Source: Octopus bimaculoides (lineage: Eukaryota). Taken from it: 64,000 bases of DNA. The position numbers and the translations under genes are program-made. Location: the NCBI RefSeq assembly GCF_001194135.2, contig NC_068984.1, positions 117,401,117 to 117,465,116 on the forward strand, in the 5' to 3' direction. Below the pieces are notes generated by a model that did no database searches, had not been told where the DNA came from, and worked only from the letters and a program-made list of their open reading frames with translations. Shown here piece after piece: positions 48,411 through 61,394 of this stretch; position 1 is the first letter of the stretch, and each line of letters opens with the position of its first letter.

Positions 48411-48597
48411 TGGACCGTGGGTAATTTGATAACGAGCTGTATAGAAAAAAATAAATTTTCTTAATTTTATTTCTATTTTATTGATTGTTGCAAAGTAATT
48501 TTACATTATATGTGTGATATAAGTAAGAATTAAATTATATACTATGCATTTTATTGTTTGTTATTTTTTTAAGCACGTGATTCCCCGAGTCCGTAGG

Positions 48598-48650
48598 AAA
48601 ATTGTCTTTTCTGAAACCAGTTCATGGTGCAAAAATGGTTGGGGATATTG
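48598..48650 (+). mobile_element. hAT (Charlie/MER1-type) right-end remnant
   Basis: AAAATTGTCTTTTCTGAAACCAGTTCATGGTGCAAAAATGGTTGGGGA resembles the MER1-type subterminal consensus. Confidence 0.55.
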
Positions 48651-48863
48651 GCTTAAAGGGTTGTTCTGCAACTGCTAGGCTGGTTAATGGTTTTTTAAAA
48701 AAAGTAATACTCAACGCTAAGGTAGGCCTATGGCTCATCAGTCCAGAAGTGCCCCTCTATTTGTTTTTTTTAACCAGGCCCATCCTCCAACGCCAGCTTG
48801 TCAAGCCTGTTGCGACTTCACCATATTATTAGCTTTTTTTTTTTCTAGCAGAGTAGACTAGAA

Positions 48864-49140
48864 CAAGGGTTTTCAAACTGTGGTCCGCAAGGACAAGACA
48901 GGGGGTCCGTGGACAGCAAATACTTTTTATGGGCAATTTGATTTTATATATGTTTTTTAATCCAAATCTTTTAATTGACAATAAACCTATTTGTTAAATA
49001 CTGTTAAATAAATAAATGTAAAAATATGTTATTTTAAGCAAATATTTATGTATAAATTTCATAAGCCTTTATAAGGGGGTCTTTAAGGTAAAGCCTGAAA
49101 TACAAAGGGGTCCGCAAGTCAAAAAGTTTGAAAACCCCTG
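48864..49140. mobile_element. hAT MITE (277 bp) with perfect 8-bp TSD
   Basis: TIRs CAAGGGTTTTCAAAC / GTTTGAAAACCCCTG. TSD GACTAGAA at 48856-48863 and 49141-49148. Confidence 0.92.
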
Positions 49141-49148
49141 GACTAGAA

Positions 49149-49266
49149 CAACGTGAAACGGAGTATTTTGCTCAAAAACACAACGTGACACCCGGTCCAG
49201 GAATCGAAACCACAACTTTACGATCATGAGTTCAACACCCCTAACCACTAAGTCATGCGCCTCCAC
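49149..49266 (-). mobile_element. SINE-A2 head, interrupted by the hAT MITE
   Basis: Reverse complement GTGGAGGCGCATGACTTAGTGGTTAGGGG...GGTTTCGATTCCTGGACCGGG. The A2 middle continues on the other side of the MITE. Confidence 0.75.
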
Positions 49267-49856
49267 TGGTTACTGTTAAGATTAGAAAAAAAAAAAAAGT
49301 ACGCGCATGGACAGGTTAGAGTGAGAACACATGTCATTAGCAATCGTGAATTTAAACTGTTGACAGTCTGTTAGTTGCTTTACACTTGAATTTAACATAG
49401 AGCTAGCGCTCATTATTTCTTTGAATATCTCTTTCAATGAAAGAAACACTTGTACGATTTCAGTTTGATTCTGAATGACGTCTGAGTATGTGTCTGCTAG
49501 AAATTAATTATTTTGTTTATATTATATTTCTTTTTCTGCTTTTCAAAAATGCTTTCGATCTAACACATTATATTTGGAAATTACACATATTTTTTTTATT
49601 TATTTATCTATTTATTTACTTACTTTTTTTTTTTTTGGAATAAATTGCTCGAATCTTTTTTCTTTCTAGCTCTATTTATAGCTGTGTCTAAAGTCAGTTT
49701 GGTAAAATTCAACAGTAAAACTATCAAATATTCATTTCCAATTTTGGCACAAAGCCAGCAGTTCCGGGAAGCAGTTAAGCCGATTACATCGACCTCAGTG
49801 CTCGACTAGGATTTATTTTATCGATTCCGAAGAGGATGAAAGGCAAAGTCAAAACC

Positions 49857-50432
49857 GGGATCTTTTTTAAAACGGGGGCCACATTTTTCATTAACGAAAC
49901 ACTTTGAAACTTGGAACACTGGTAGAATGTGTCATATAAAACATCTTTTTCTCTTAGTCTTCTTAAAAAAAAAAAAAGAAATCCATAAGTTATTTCATGT
50001 TAAAGTTGTATTTCTGTAATTTCAACCAATCACTGACGTCCATTCAGCCGATATACATTAAGTGCCGACTACATAAACAAACGATTCTGAAACAATTAAC
50101 CCTAACCCTAACCCTACGGTTAGGGTTAGGGTTAGGGTTAAAGCAAATTTAAAATGAAAAAAGCAAATAAAACGAAGGTATGGAGATTAAATACGCTTTA
50201 CATCGCTTAATCAGCCAAAGAAGTAAATATAAACAACTGAATACTTGTCAGTGATTGGTTGAAATTATCGAAATAAGACAATTTTTTACATGAAATAAAT
50301 TCGAATACAAAAATATTTTTTTGTTCTATAACACAAAATAGATAAGTATACGAAGTTTGAAAGTCTTTCCGTACCAAAAACACTACGTAAAACATTAATG
50401 AAAAATGTGGCCCCCGTTTTAAAATAGATCCC
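49857..50432. mobile_element. MITE with 38-bp TIRs, 6-bp TSD and central telomeric-repeat hairpin
   Basis: TIR GGGATCT(T/A)TTTTAAAACGGGGGCCACATTTTTCATTAA with one mismatch. AAAACC is duplicated at 49851-49856 and 50433-50438. Confidence 0.9.
50096..50141. repeat. Perfect (CCCTAA)3/(TTAGGG)3 palindrome
   Basis: TTAACCCTAACCCTAACCCTA-CGGT-TAGGGTTAGGGTTAGGGTTAA: 21-bp arms and a 4-nt loop. Confidence 0.95.
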
Positions 50433-50534
50433 AAAACCGGCGGCATTTGAACTCAGAACGTAAACACGGACGAAATGCCGCTAAGCAATGTACTCGGCAT
50501 GCTAACGGTTCTGCCAGCTCGCTGCCTTGGTTTT

Positions 50535-50810
50535 CTATCAAATATTTCTTTCACGGATCCAGTTCTGTTCAACATCATACTAAGACGCATCAAGGAAGAA
50601 AAACACCGCATAACATTTCAACGGTTCCTGAACGAATTCCTCCAAGAAATTCCAGACAAACCACCTGCACCCGAATATATCACTGTAAACAATAATTCGT
50701 TACACAAATGGGTTATGCCGCCCAAAACATGATCGTAACATGAAACATGATTAAATGTCTTCTCCCGTTCGTCGTGTCCTGTACTAATTTAGGCCGAAAC
50801 CTATCTAAGT
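50535..50810 (+). mobile_element. CR1/L2-group LINE 3' fragment
   Basis: DPVLFNII...IKEE....FQRFLNEFLQEIPDKPPAPEY...NNNSLHKW resembles the GPxLFN...F.R.LD.FL..IPD.P..PGY...NSL C-terminus. Confidence 0.7.
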
Positions 50811-51045
50811 AGTTTTGTATTTTATAATCATTGTGTTATTTGTATGCTGTGTTCGCTATTATTATCATCATCATCATCATCGTCCTTGTGAATATCATCA
50901 CATTTTCGAGCCAAAACTTCGTTGATTCGTTCTCGGTGTGCATTGAAATTCACACTCATTTCGTATATTTTTCATATCTTTTTTAAAAAGCTGAATCATA
51001 TGTGGAGCATTAGCAAATCTAGAACACATTTCAGAGTGTGTGTAT

Positions 51046-51091
<46 letters not shown>

Positions 51092-51164
51092 CACACACAC
51101 GCACAAACACATATATACACGCACGTATATCTAAACATACATATGTATAGATACATATATAAAC

Positions 51165-51212
<48 letters not shown>

Positions 51213-51808
51213 TTGTGTGTGTATGTGGATACATTGAAAGCCTTGTCTGGCAATAAAACTCCAGACTATAAGAAAAATCTAAGAATTCGTTTAATACTGA
51301 GGATACATTTGACTTTAGCGGGCTGTTTAGGAATACAGTTTTGGGTTTTGTATTTTTATCTCAGCGTTCAGGATTCTTTGCAGAACTGTTACTGCTGATA
51401 AACTCCGGTAAGACTGTCTCTCCTGCAAACTTTCTCGGCGCTTGTGTAATACAACACAGTTTCTTTAGAGTCTGTGCGAAAGATCTGCTAAGATTGCATT
51501 GTTTTATCATAGCACGGAAAAAAGAAGTAAACCATCAGAAAATAAAAAGAAAATTAATTAAGAGAGGTAATATTTATCACCACTTAAACGTGGTTCTGTT
51601 AGAACAAACTATATATATGTATACATTTACATACATACATATATATATACAAATATGTATATATACATACATATACATATATATATACAAATATATGTAT
51701 ACATATACATACAAATATATGTATACATATACATATACATACATATATACATATATATATATACATATATATATATACAAATATATAAATACGCATATAT
51801 ATATACAA

Positions 51809-51854
<46 letters not shown>

Positions 51855-52929
51855 GAGAATGTACTGAAAAAAATAATACCAGACGAGGACAGGTGGTGTA
51901 AACAACAAAAGGAGTTATTTGATTGCGGCCATGCTGTAGCACCGTCTAATATGTACACACACACACACACATACATGTATATCCATATACGATAAGCATC
52001 ATAGTTTTTGTCTACTAAATCCATTCAGAAGGCTTTTCTGTCATCTTGGGGCTGTAGTAAAAGACACTTGCCCAAGGCACCACTGAATAGAACTGAACCC
52101 GAAAGCATGTGTTTCAGAAACAAACTTCCTAACTACACATCCATGCCTTTATTGCGAAGTACTTTGCCACTTTTATTTCAGTTTCAGGTCTGTCTTCTTT
52201 GTCATCGTTGCAATATGTTGCGCTTCAATCATCCACTAATAAATGCTGCTTGAGAAATGCGATTGTTTTTGTAAAAAAATTAATTGATAAGTCCTTCCAC
52301 AAACGAAATTGGTTTCATTTCTACTTGACGATCTCACATTTTGATTCTCGTGATAACCACAAGACGCCAATGTGTTTGTCCCAAATACAGAACAGCATCT
52401 TTAATGTGGGGCAGAATCATGCGATTTTTCTCTAATTCTTTTCTATCTGCTGTTACGAGGCGAAACATAATAATTCTTCTGTCATTAAACAAATGAAATT
52501 TGCTATGGAAGTTTTTTGGGGGGTGGGGGGTCACTTTTTTCCCCCATGTTTTAACAATTCTGTATGTACCTAGCTTGCAGCTACACTTAAAAAAAAAATT
52601 TTTTTATCATTCTGACTATCCAACCGATTTGAGGAAAACAACAAACAAAACAAAGCCTACTGTTTTGATCTTGATATGTAAACTAGCGACTGCCACTTAA
52701 CTTGTTTCTTGTTCCAAGTTATACTACAATGACGTCTAGCAACATCTTATGGAAAACTGTCAAAATTATCGTTAAGATATGGATGACAAAGGGACGAGAT
52801 CAAATGTTTCATAAAACGTGTGCATCACCACGTTTCGTATATGTGAATGATCGCACAGTCTTGCTGTGCCATCTTCGTCCAAAGAACGTGAAACAAAGGT
52901 TCCAATTTCACTGTCTTTACTGCCACAAA

Positions 52930-53307
52930 GTGGAGGCCCAGTGGTTAGGGCAGCGGACTCACGGTCATAGGATCGCGGTTTCGATTCCCAGACCGGGCGT
53001 TGTGAGTGTTTATTGAGTGAAAACACCTAAAGCTCCACGAGGCTCTGGCAGGGGATGGTGGCGAACCCTGCTGTACTCTTTCACCACGACTTTCTTTCAC
53101 TCTTACTTTCTGTTTCTGTTGTGCCTGTAATTCAAAGGGTCAGCCTTGTCACACTGTGTCACGCTGAATATTCCCGAGAACCTACGTTAAGGGTACCCGT
53201 ATCTGTGGAGTGCTCAGCCACTTGCACGTTAATTTCACGAGCAGGCTGTTCCGTTGATCGGATCAACTGGAACCCTCGACGTCGTAAGCGACGGAGTGCC
53301 AACAACA
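52930..53307 (+). mobile_element. SINE-A, full length with 11-bp TSD
   Basis: ACTGCCACAAA at 52919-52929 and 53308-53318. ACA tail present. Confidence 0.93.
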
Positions 53308-53602
53308 ACTGCCACAAAAGCCAGGGTGGTGACACCAGCCTTGGATTGAAAGTAAATACGAGAAAGTCTTAAGAGGATTCCGTCACCGGTTCAAACATCT
53401 TAGCCTAAGCAACGTCTCCGTTTTGTTGGGGCTGAAAATAGGTAGCAACCATTCAGAGGGGCCCATCACTAGTGCAGCATACGCAATGTGCATGCCGAAT
53501 GACTCGATATTTTGATAACTCGTTTTCTTCATCTGCAATTTCTTTCATCTTTCTCTCCAGCCCAGATACTTTCTTATTTCTGTTTTTCTCCATGGCATTC
53601 CT

Positions 53603-53637
<35 letters not shown>

Positions 53638-53711
53638 GACACACATCTAATATTGTGTTAGAGATTTCTAAGCAATCTTAACACTAATCATGATACCACA
53701 TCTTTATAATT

Positions 53712-53925
53712 GTTTCAAATTTTGACACAAGGCCAGCCACCTCGGGAAAAACGATTAAGTCGATAACATCGACCGCAGTGCTCAACTGGTACTTAGTTTA
53801 TCGACCCTGAAAGGATGAAAGGCAAAGTCGACTTCGGTGGAATTTGAACTCAGAATGTAAGCACGAACGAAATGCCGCTAACCATTTTTCCCGGCGTGCT
53901 AACAATTCTGCCAGCTCGCTGCCTC
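53712..53925 (-). mobile_element. SINE-B
   Basis: AAATTTTGACACAAGGCCAGC tail type and TCTGCCAGCTCGCTGCC head. Confidence 0.85.
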
Positions 53926-55667
53926 ATAATATCTTCATAATAAAACTTAAAAGTAACTTAGGTAATTGTCATATAAACTGGACAATAACCTTCCTACTAG
54001 AATGATCATAAATTCTAAGAGGATGGTTTTTGAGGTGACTGTGTCGTATCAGGAGTTCATGAAGCAATTATGTGTTTATGTCACCATAGATTGTATCGAC
54101 ACGTGACAAGACTTTATTATAATAATTTATTTAGGGCAATGATCTTTGGTACATCGTTGACTTTCAATTATCAACGAACGAATTGCGGATATGCATGCTC
54201 ATTTCTCTTTCTTTTACATCACGCGAAACATTTCATTTGCAATTGTACATAAATATATTTCTTCTACTTTCATTAATTTCACGTTTCAGCAAGCGTCATT
54301 AATCGCGAAACCTCATATATCTGATGTATTGTGGTTTGTGACATGAAAAACAATAATAATAAATAAATAAATGAGAAAGATATTAACACCACGAGATCGT
54401 TCGACGATAGAGAGGAGGTTATGACGTCACAGTGTTTTGGTTCCCAAGGTGGCAGCGACCACCAACGCAACAAAGAAGACGGAGTATCACAATTCAAAAC
54501 ATAAGGAGAGTTGACTGGATAGAGTAACGAGTGCAGAAAGTTCTTCCAAGGACAGACGACAAAGAGGGGGAAAAAATAATAAATAATAAATGAATGAAAT
54601 TATATTATTCGACTACAGGGAAAGACTAAGTTAAAACATGGTCTTTAAAAATTGCCCCTTTCAAAGAACGTGCACCAAAGGGGCGGTCGCACGCCTTGCC
54701 CATTCTCTCCTTAGAGATGCCACGATTTCAAAGTGTGCGTTAGCGCTCACAACATGAAGAAACCCGATTAGTCCATTAATCACGTCTCCGCAACCAGCAC
54801 TTTTATCCACCACACGGAATCACATTCCAGAAGACACAAGGAAACAACCGTATCATATCCACCCACAGACTATTTTCCTGTTTGGGCTGAATTGAACTCT
54901 TCTACCCCCATTTCCTAATGTTATTACTATCCCCACTTGTTTTTATATATGTCTGTACGTTATGTAGAAATGCCACCAATAAAATGTTTTCCATTGTGTG
55001 TGACAGCATGCTACTATGTTTATGTCCTGCAAGCCGGGAGCACAGCTTCCATTACCGTGTGTACGTTGTGTATATCTGTACTTCTGCTAACAGTTTACAC
55101 TTGCATGTGTCTGTCCCCATGCGTTAACTGTTCGCCAAAACAGCTTGATTTTGAGCGATCTTTTGTATACAATCGGACTGACATACGTCCTAATACTGTT
55201 GACAAGCCTTTTGTAGGGTTACCTGACCCTGCCAATAAAATAATGTCTCTGCTTCTCTTTTACCGGCGGTCACGTCTGGAAAGGCTTTGACGAGCTGGCC
55301 TGAGCTGGGACTAGACGGCATCACAAGTTCCCTTGGATTCTCTTGTTTAACATCAACAGTATATTTTACACACATTGATGTAAATAGTGACTTTATACAC
55401 ATTTACTACGTGTAAAATTAGCCGTGAAAACATATTTAACTAAAAACAAGACGAATCATTTTTTTAATTAATTACTAATGATTAGCGAATTTGAAAGAAA
55501 AGCAACAGGCTTCTGAGTAATTCTTAATAGAAACTGTAAATTAGACTTTTCTTCATACATTATAAACAAAAACAAATATCCATCTGGTATATTTGTCGTT
55601 GGTTAACCCCAACGCAGCAGGTCCATCACAAGCAAGCAGACCCCGTGAGAAGTGTTTCGACTTGGAC

Positions 55668-55930
55668 CAGTGGTTCTCGACCGGGGTCCATAAGGCCCTT
55701 AAAGGTCCAAATAAAATTGTGTTGTTAAAATTTATCTGCAATCAATTGGTTATATTTCTACAATACACAAAATGTTTTAACAATTATTTTTATACAATTC
55801 TAATTATATTTCATTATAAAAATATAATAGAGTCTTTTTTAACATTGAATGACGTGAAGGGCTCACCCGAGTAAAACAGGAATCATAGGGGCCCGTCCAT
55901 AGGTAAGAGAAAAATGGTTGAGAAACACTA
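55668..55930. mobile_element. hAT-type MITE, degenerate
   Basis: CAGTGGTTCTCGACC ... GGTTGAGAAACACTA termini. TSD not preserved. A similar right end lies at about 41385-41416. Confidence 0.65.
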
Positions 55931-56890
55931 CAGCCCTTCCATTCATCTGCTTTCTTTCTTTGTTTAGAAATTGTCACTATCCAACAGTATTAGAGGAGGG
56001 CATTTGAGTGAGATTTGGCTACTATTTCTCACAATCCGAGAGAAGCTTCTTTTTAGAACCTCTTTCCGCTGTTTTGTAGTACAACCAGTTTCCTCGTATT
56101 TCGAATATTATCATGGTATATCGGTTCAGTTGGTTTGGTTGGCATCGTTAGAGTTAGAATTCCCGTAGATAACATAATGTCGTTATATACTTGTAAAAAC
56201 ATAAGACTCGCAAGCAATTAGACACGTGCTTATACTTACACATTCTACGTAATCACTAGACCTGCAAGAAATAGCAACCGATTCTTCTTCAAATTACATC
56301 CTACAGTCTCTAAACAAGACAAAACGAAAAGAAGAAAAAGAAAATAGGAGCCGAGTTAGTAGTACTCACACACACACATATTACAAGCATGTGTAAATAC
56401 TAAAAGATATGAGCACACGTAGACATACACATGCATACATAATTACAAACAGATAGAACTAAGCTCATTCAGACACACATACACACTCACATGCGACGAG
56501 CATCCAATATGGCATTTGTACACATAGTTGCGTTTAGCGATAACTTCTTTCACACACATACGTACACAATAAGACACGAGTGTATGCACACATGCGTCCG
56601 TTGGCATACTAAAACCAGCCAAAAACGAAAAAAAGACAAGGCTCTAAGCAGACAGATATGCGCATATAAACGCGAACACGCGCTACTGTGACGCTAATAA
56701 ACATTAACACGGATACATGCAACATATATATATATATACACACACGTATGTATGTATGTTTGTATAAAAAATGTGTGTGCGTATATATTATTTTTTTCCA
56801 ATATATAATTCCTGTACATCACCTCCACACCTTCCAATATATACATATACATACATATATATATATACTCATATATATACACACACACAC

Positions 56891-56972
<82 letters not shown>

Positions 56973-57673
56973 TATACATACATATATAAACATACATATA
57001 TATACATGTATACATACATATATATATACATATATATATATATACATATATATATNNNNNNNNNNNNNNNNNNNNNNNNNNNNNNNNNNNNNNNNNNNNN
57101 NNNNNNNNNNNNNNNNNNNNNNNNNNNNNNNNNNNNNNNNNNNNNNNNNNNNNNNATGAATAAATACCCGTGTTCACATTTATACAGAACTAGATTTGCG
57201 CAATACTTAGAGACCTGCATGTGTATTGCCAAATCCACACATGCACCGACCTACGTACGTGCGTACACATGCAGACTCAAACGATATATATATATATATA
57301 TAAAAACGAAAGAACCTCAATGCTGTTAGAAATACTAGTCGAATTCCATTGAGTTCATACCCTGTCGTCTTAAAAATGGAAGGACACAATCAATGCTGTT
57401 CTTAGATAATAAAAAGACGGAATGGTCAAGGCTGGAAAGCCATTTGCAGTACAAGATTACTCCAAGGATGGCCTGAGGCCTAACTAATACAAGGAGACAT
57501 ATGCTCATACCTACAAACACGGATAAACGTGTGCATACACACAGATATATATACGTATATACATACACGGTTATGCTTGTAGATAGCGACATACAAACGT
57601 ATGTGTGTGTGTGTGCCTGCAGATAGATAGATAGATAGACATCGTTAGAGATATACATACGTACGAACATACA

Positions 57674-57715
<42 letters not shown>

Positions 57716-57815
57716 NNNNNNNNNNNNNNNNNNNNNNNNNNNNNNNNNNNNNNNNNNNNNNNNNNNNNNNNNNNNNNNNNNNNNNNNNNNNNNNNNNNNN
57801 NNNNNNNNNNNNNNN

Positions 57816-57858
<43 letters not shown>

Positions 57859-59343
57859 GAGAGAGAGAAGGGGAGAGAGAGAGAGAGAAAGGAAGAGAGA
57901 GAGAGAGAGAGAGATACATTTATATACGTACAAATATATATTACAAATGTATACACACACACACATATATAAACATGCTTACACCCAAAGTTGCATACAA
58001 ACATGCATACATACGTAGTACATACATAATACATACATACATCCATACATACATACATATACACGCAACAAATGCATACTCACACATGGAAGAGAAAAAC
58101 ATGACTGTAAAGAAAACTACCGAAGCATAACAAAATGCGTGATGAATGGATCACGTATAACGCAATGTCTGGAAATAATGCTGTTTATGCTGTATACATG
58201 TGCTGTTATCATCACATCGATTCCATGCCGCGATACTATATAATTAACGAGACATGTTTGTTTTTTATTTCATTTTAATCATACTAGGATTGTTTTTTGT
58301 TTGTTATGGTCTTTTTGTCTGTCTTCGGGATATCCTCACTTTTGCATTTTAAAAATACTTCCATTTGACATTGGATGAAGACGAATAAAGAAAAAAAAAA
58401 AAAAAGAGACGGAGAAATAAAATATGAAAACGGAGGAGAGAAAAGAGAACTCAATATCAGACAAACTTTCGCACAAGCAGGTAGAAAAAAAAAAGGTAGA
58501 TATGAGAGGTAGATAGATAAATAGGTAGGTATTTTATTAGAGGATACCTTAACCTCGTGAAGGTGTGGTTGCATCCAAGGAAATACTGGTTCAATACCTA
58601 GTATTGTTGGGGGATGAAATTCCTTTTAAAGCGATAGGTAGATATTAAGCATATAGTTTATATGCAGTTAAAAGAATAAAAGAAAATGGTGATAAGGAAG
58701 TTAACAATTATTTATTATTAAGTTAATTATTGATTAACAAATTGGTCATCTTTGATTCTTAATACATAACTGTCAATCTCCCATCTCTGTTTTCTTTTCT
58801 TATTTTAACTGGATAGACAGATAGGTAAAGAGCTAGAGGCGGAGAGACAGGTAAGTGGGTAGATAAATACGTAAGGTAAGCATGTATGTTTATAAACAGA
58901 AAGACAGACAGGTATGTAGATCAACAGACGCACTGACTGATAGAAAGACGGAGATAAAAGCAAAGACGAGATAAATTGGGCAATGATAGACGCTTAAATA
59001 CAAGCAAAAAAGATGAACAGAGAAAACTCCAGATCAACATACAGAACAAAAGAGATGTATATTTAATGCCAGCACCACACACACACACACACGACAGGAC
59101 ACGCAAACTCTTTATCTGAAGAGATTTTCAGACGAAACAACTGTGGCGGTGCTCCAGCATGGCCGCAGTCCTACGACTGAAACCATTGAAAGAATATATA
59201 TATATATATATTATTTATATTTATATATAATTGTACATACACACACACATACGTTCATACCAACACACGTTTGTGTGTATGTAAATATATATGCACAAAT
59301 ATATGCATGCGTAAATGTATGTATATATATATAAGTATATATA

Positions 59344-59383
<40 letters not shown>

Positions 59384-59899
59384 AAGTATGCGTAAATGCG
59401 TGTATATATATGTGTGTGCCTGTGTGTATATATATGTGTGTGTATATATATTCGTGTGTGCATGTATATATATATATATATATTCGTGTGCGTGCATATA
59501 TGTGTGTGTGTGTGTATGAGCGTAGGTATGTATGTGTATAAATATATAGCTACACACTCACATACGAGATAGATAGATAGAGAGAGATAGAAAGACAGAT
59601 AGTTAGAGAGACAGATAGATAGATAGAATGATAGATATACATGTTATTTTTCTAATTACACTATGACAACTATGATAATTACAACAAAAGGCAAAAGTAG
59701 TGTGATAAAGAAAGCTGTTATCCACTGACCGAATAGATATACACACTGCAGTTCCTCTTCTTCTTCTGATCGTATTTAGCCACCGTTTCCACCACACAAG
59801 TCTCTCTTACAACGTACGGTTTGTTTTTGTTATTATTTGTAGAAAGAAGTCAGTGTCGGCGGAAGTTGATGACGATTACTCACTCTTGGCAAATTACAG

Positions 59900-61000
59900 C
59901 TTCTGCTCTCTCTCTCTCTCTGTATATCTCTTTTTCTTTTTCTGTCTTTCTTTCTTTCTCTCCCTTTCTCTAATTATGTTCTCTTAATTGTTCTTCCTCT
60001 CTCTCTTTCGCTTCCTACTCTCGCTTTCTTTTCACGTCTCTTCTCTTTCTTTCTTCGCCTCTTTTCTTTCTCTCTTCCTCCTTCCCGTTTTCATTCATCT
60101 CCCCTCTACCATCCCCCCTCTTTTTCTTTTCATGCCGTTCTCGTTCCCTCTCTCTTTTTTGCTTTCCTCTTCCAACTTTCTTTCTTTCTTCCCCTTCCCA
60201 CCTTCCTCTCTCCCTCTCTTCCTTCCAACTTTCTCTCACGCTTCCCATCAGCCTTTTTCTTCCTCTCCCTTCACAACTTTCTCCCTTCCTTCTTTTCTTC
60301 TTTCTTTCTCTTTCAATCTCCCTTCATATTTCTCTTTCTCTCACATTTCATTTTCTCCTTCGTTTCCTTTCTCTATCTCTTCCCAATTTCTCTCTCTCTC
60401 TCATTTCCCATCTTTCTTTCTCTTCCCCTTCCTATATTTCTCTGTTACTTCCCATCTTTTTCCTTCTCTCTCCTTTTCTATTTCTGTTCCCTCTTTATCA
60501 TTCTCCCTCTCTTCTCATCTTTATCTCTCTCTCTCTCTCGCTCTTCTCTCATTATCTTTTCATGTCTTCCTCTCTATTGTTGTTCTTCCTCCACCCATCT
60601 TCGTCTTTCACCTCTATTGGTTTTGTTTTGTTTCCTCTTCATTTTTAGCTTACCTCCCTCCCCTTCTCTCTCTCTCTCTTTTTCACCTTCTTTTCTTTCT
60701 TAATATATTTTCCCCCTCTCTTTCTCCTTCCGTTTTCCCCTTACTGCTACTCTCATCTGCGCTTTCTTTCGTCTGCTCTCAGGAACAAACACTCTCTCTC
60801 TTTCCCTCTTTTTCTGTCTGTCCTCCCACTCACTCACTCACTTTCTCTCTCTTCTTGGCTCACACTCACTCTCATTCACTCTCTTTTCCTGTCTGTCTCT
60901 CTCTCACCCTCCCTCCCGTAACTTTATTGCCGTTTTATCCCGACATCCTCTCTCTCTCTCCCTCCCCCTCTCTCTTCATTTTCCTGTATAATTTATTCTA
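59900..61000. repeat. About 1.1-kb polypyrimidine (CT-rich) low-complexity tract
   Basis: Almost entirely C/T on the + strand. Confidence 0.9.
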
Positions 61001-61394
61001 TCAACAATACACTTTCCTCTTTCCCAAGTACATTGTTATTTATCTGTCCATAGATCTCGGTCTGTATTTTTTAAAAAGCTGGGAGCATAAGCTATTATAG
61101 AATGAATTCACGCATTGTGATTTTAATTCGTCACAGGTATTTTAAGATAACTCTGAATACATACTTCGTTTTACTTGTCTCAGTTCACCTAATTGTGGCC
61201 AGTTCCTGTAGGAATGTTACATGTTACACACACTGGCAATTATCCAGGAGATTTGCATCTCTTCTAACATTTTGGAACGAGGAGCCAAAAAATTGCTTAT
61301 AACCAGTGAAAAATAATACCGTACACACACACACACACACATACATATATACATATATATATATATGTATGTATATATATATATGTATATATAT

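Larger units (their letters stand above)
49735..50527 (-). mobile_element. SINE-B interrupted by a 576-bp MITE
   Basis: GATGAAAGGCAAAGTC at 49835-49850 continues as GGCGGCATTTGAACTCAGAACG at 50439. Confidence 0.85.

Noticed and set aside
50096-50141. Ancient telomere-telomere fusion site
   Set aside because: The order is (CCCTAA)n then (TTAGGG)n, opposite to a fusion. It is only three repeats per side and lies inside a TSD-flanked MITE.
52702-53016. 104-aa ORF
   Set aside because: It reads into a SINE-A insertion, and rejoining the flanks gives no recognisable protein in any frame I checked.
59843-59910. Exon after a strong acceptor (TTTGTTATTATTTGTAG|AAAG)
   Set aside because: There is no plausible donor before the frame runs into CT microsatellite, and the peptide is not recognisable.
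59988-61100. 370-aa F/S/L-rich ORF resembling a membrane protein
   Set aside because: It is the translation of a C/T-only tract, which cannot contain stop codons.
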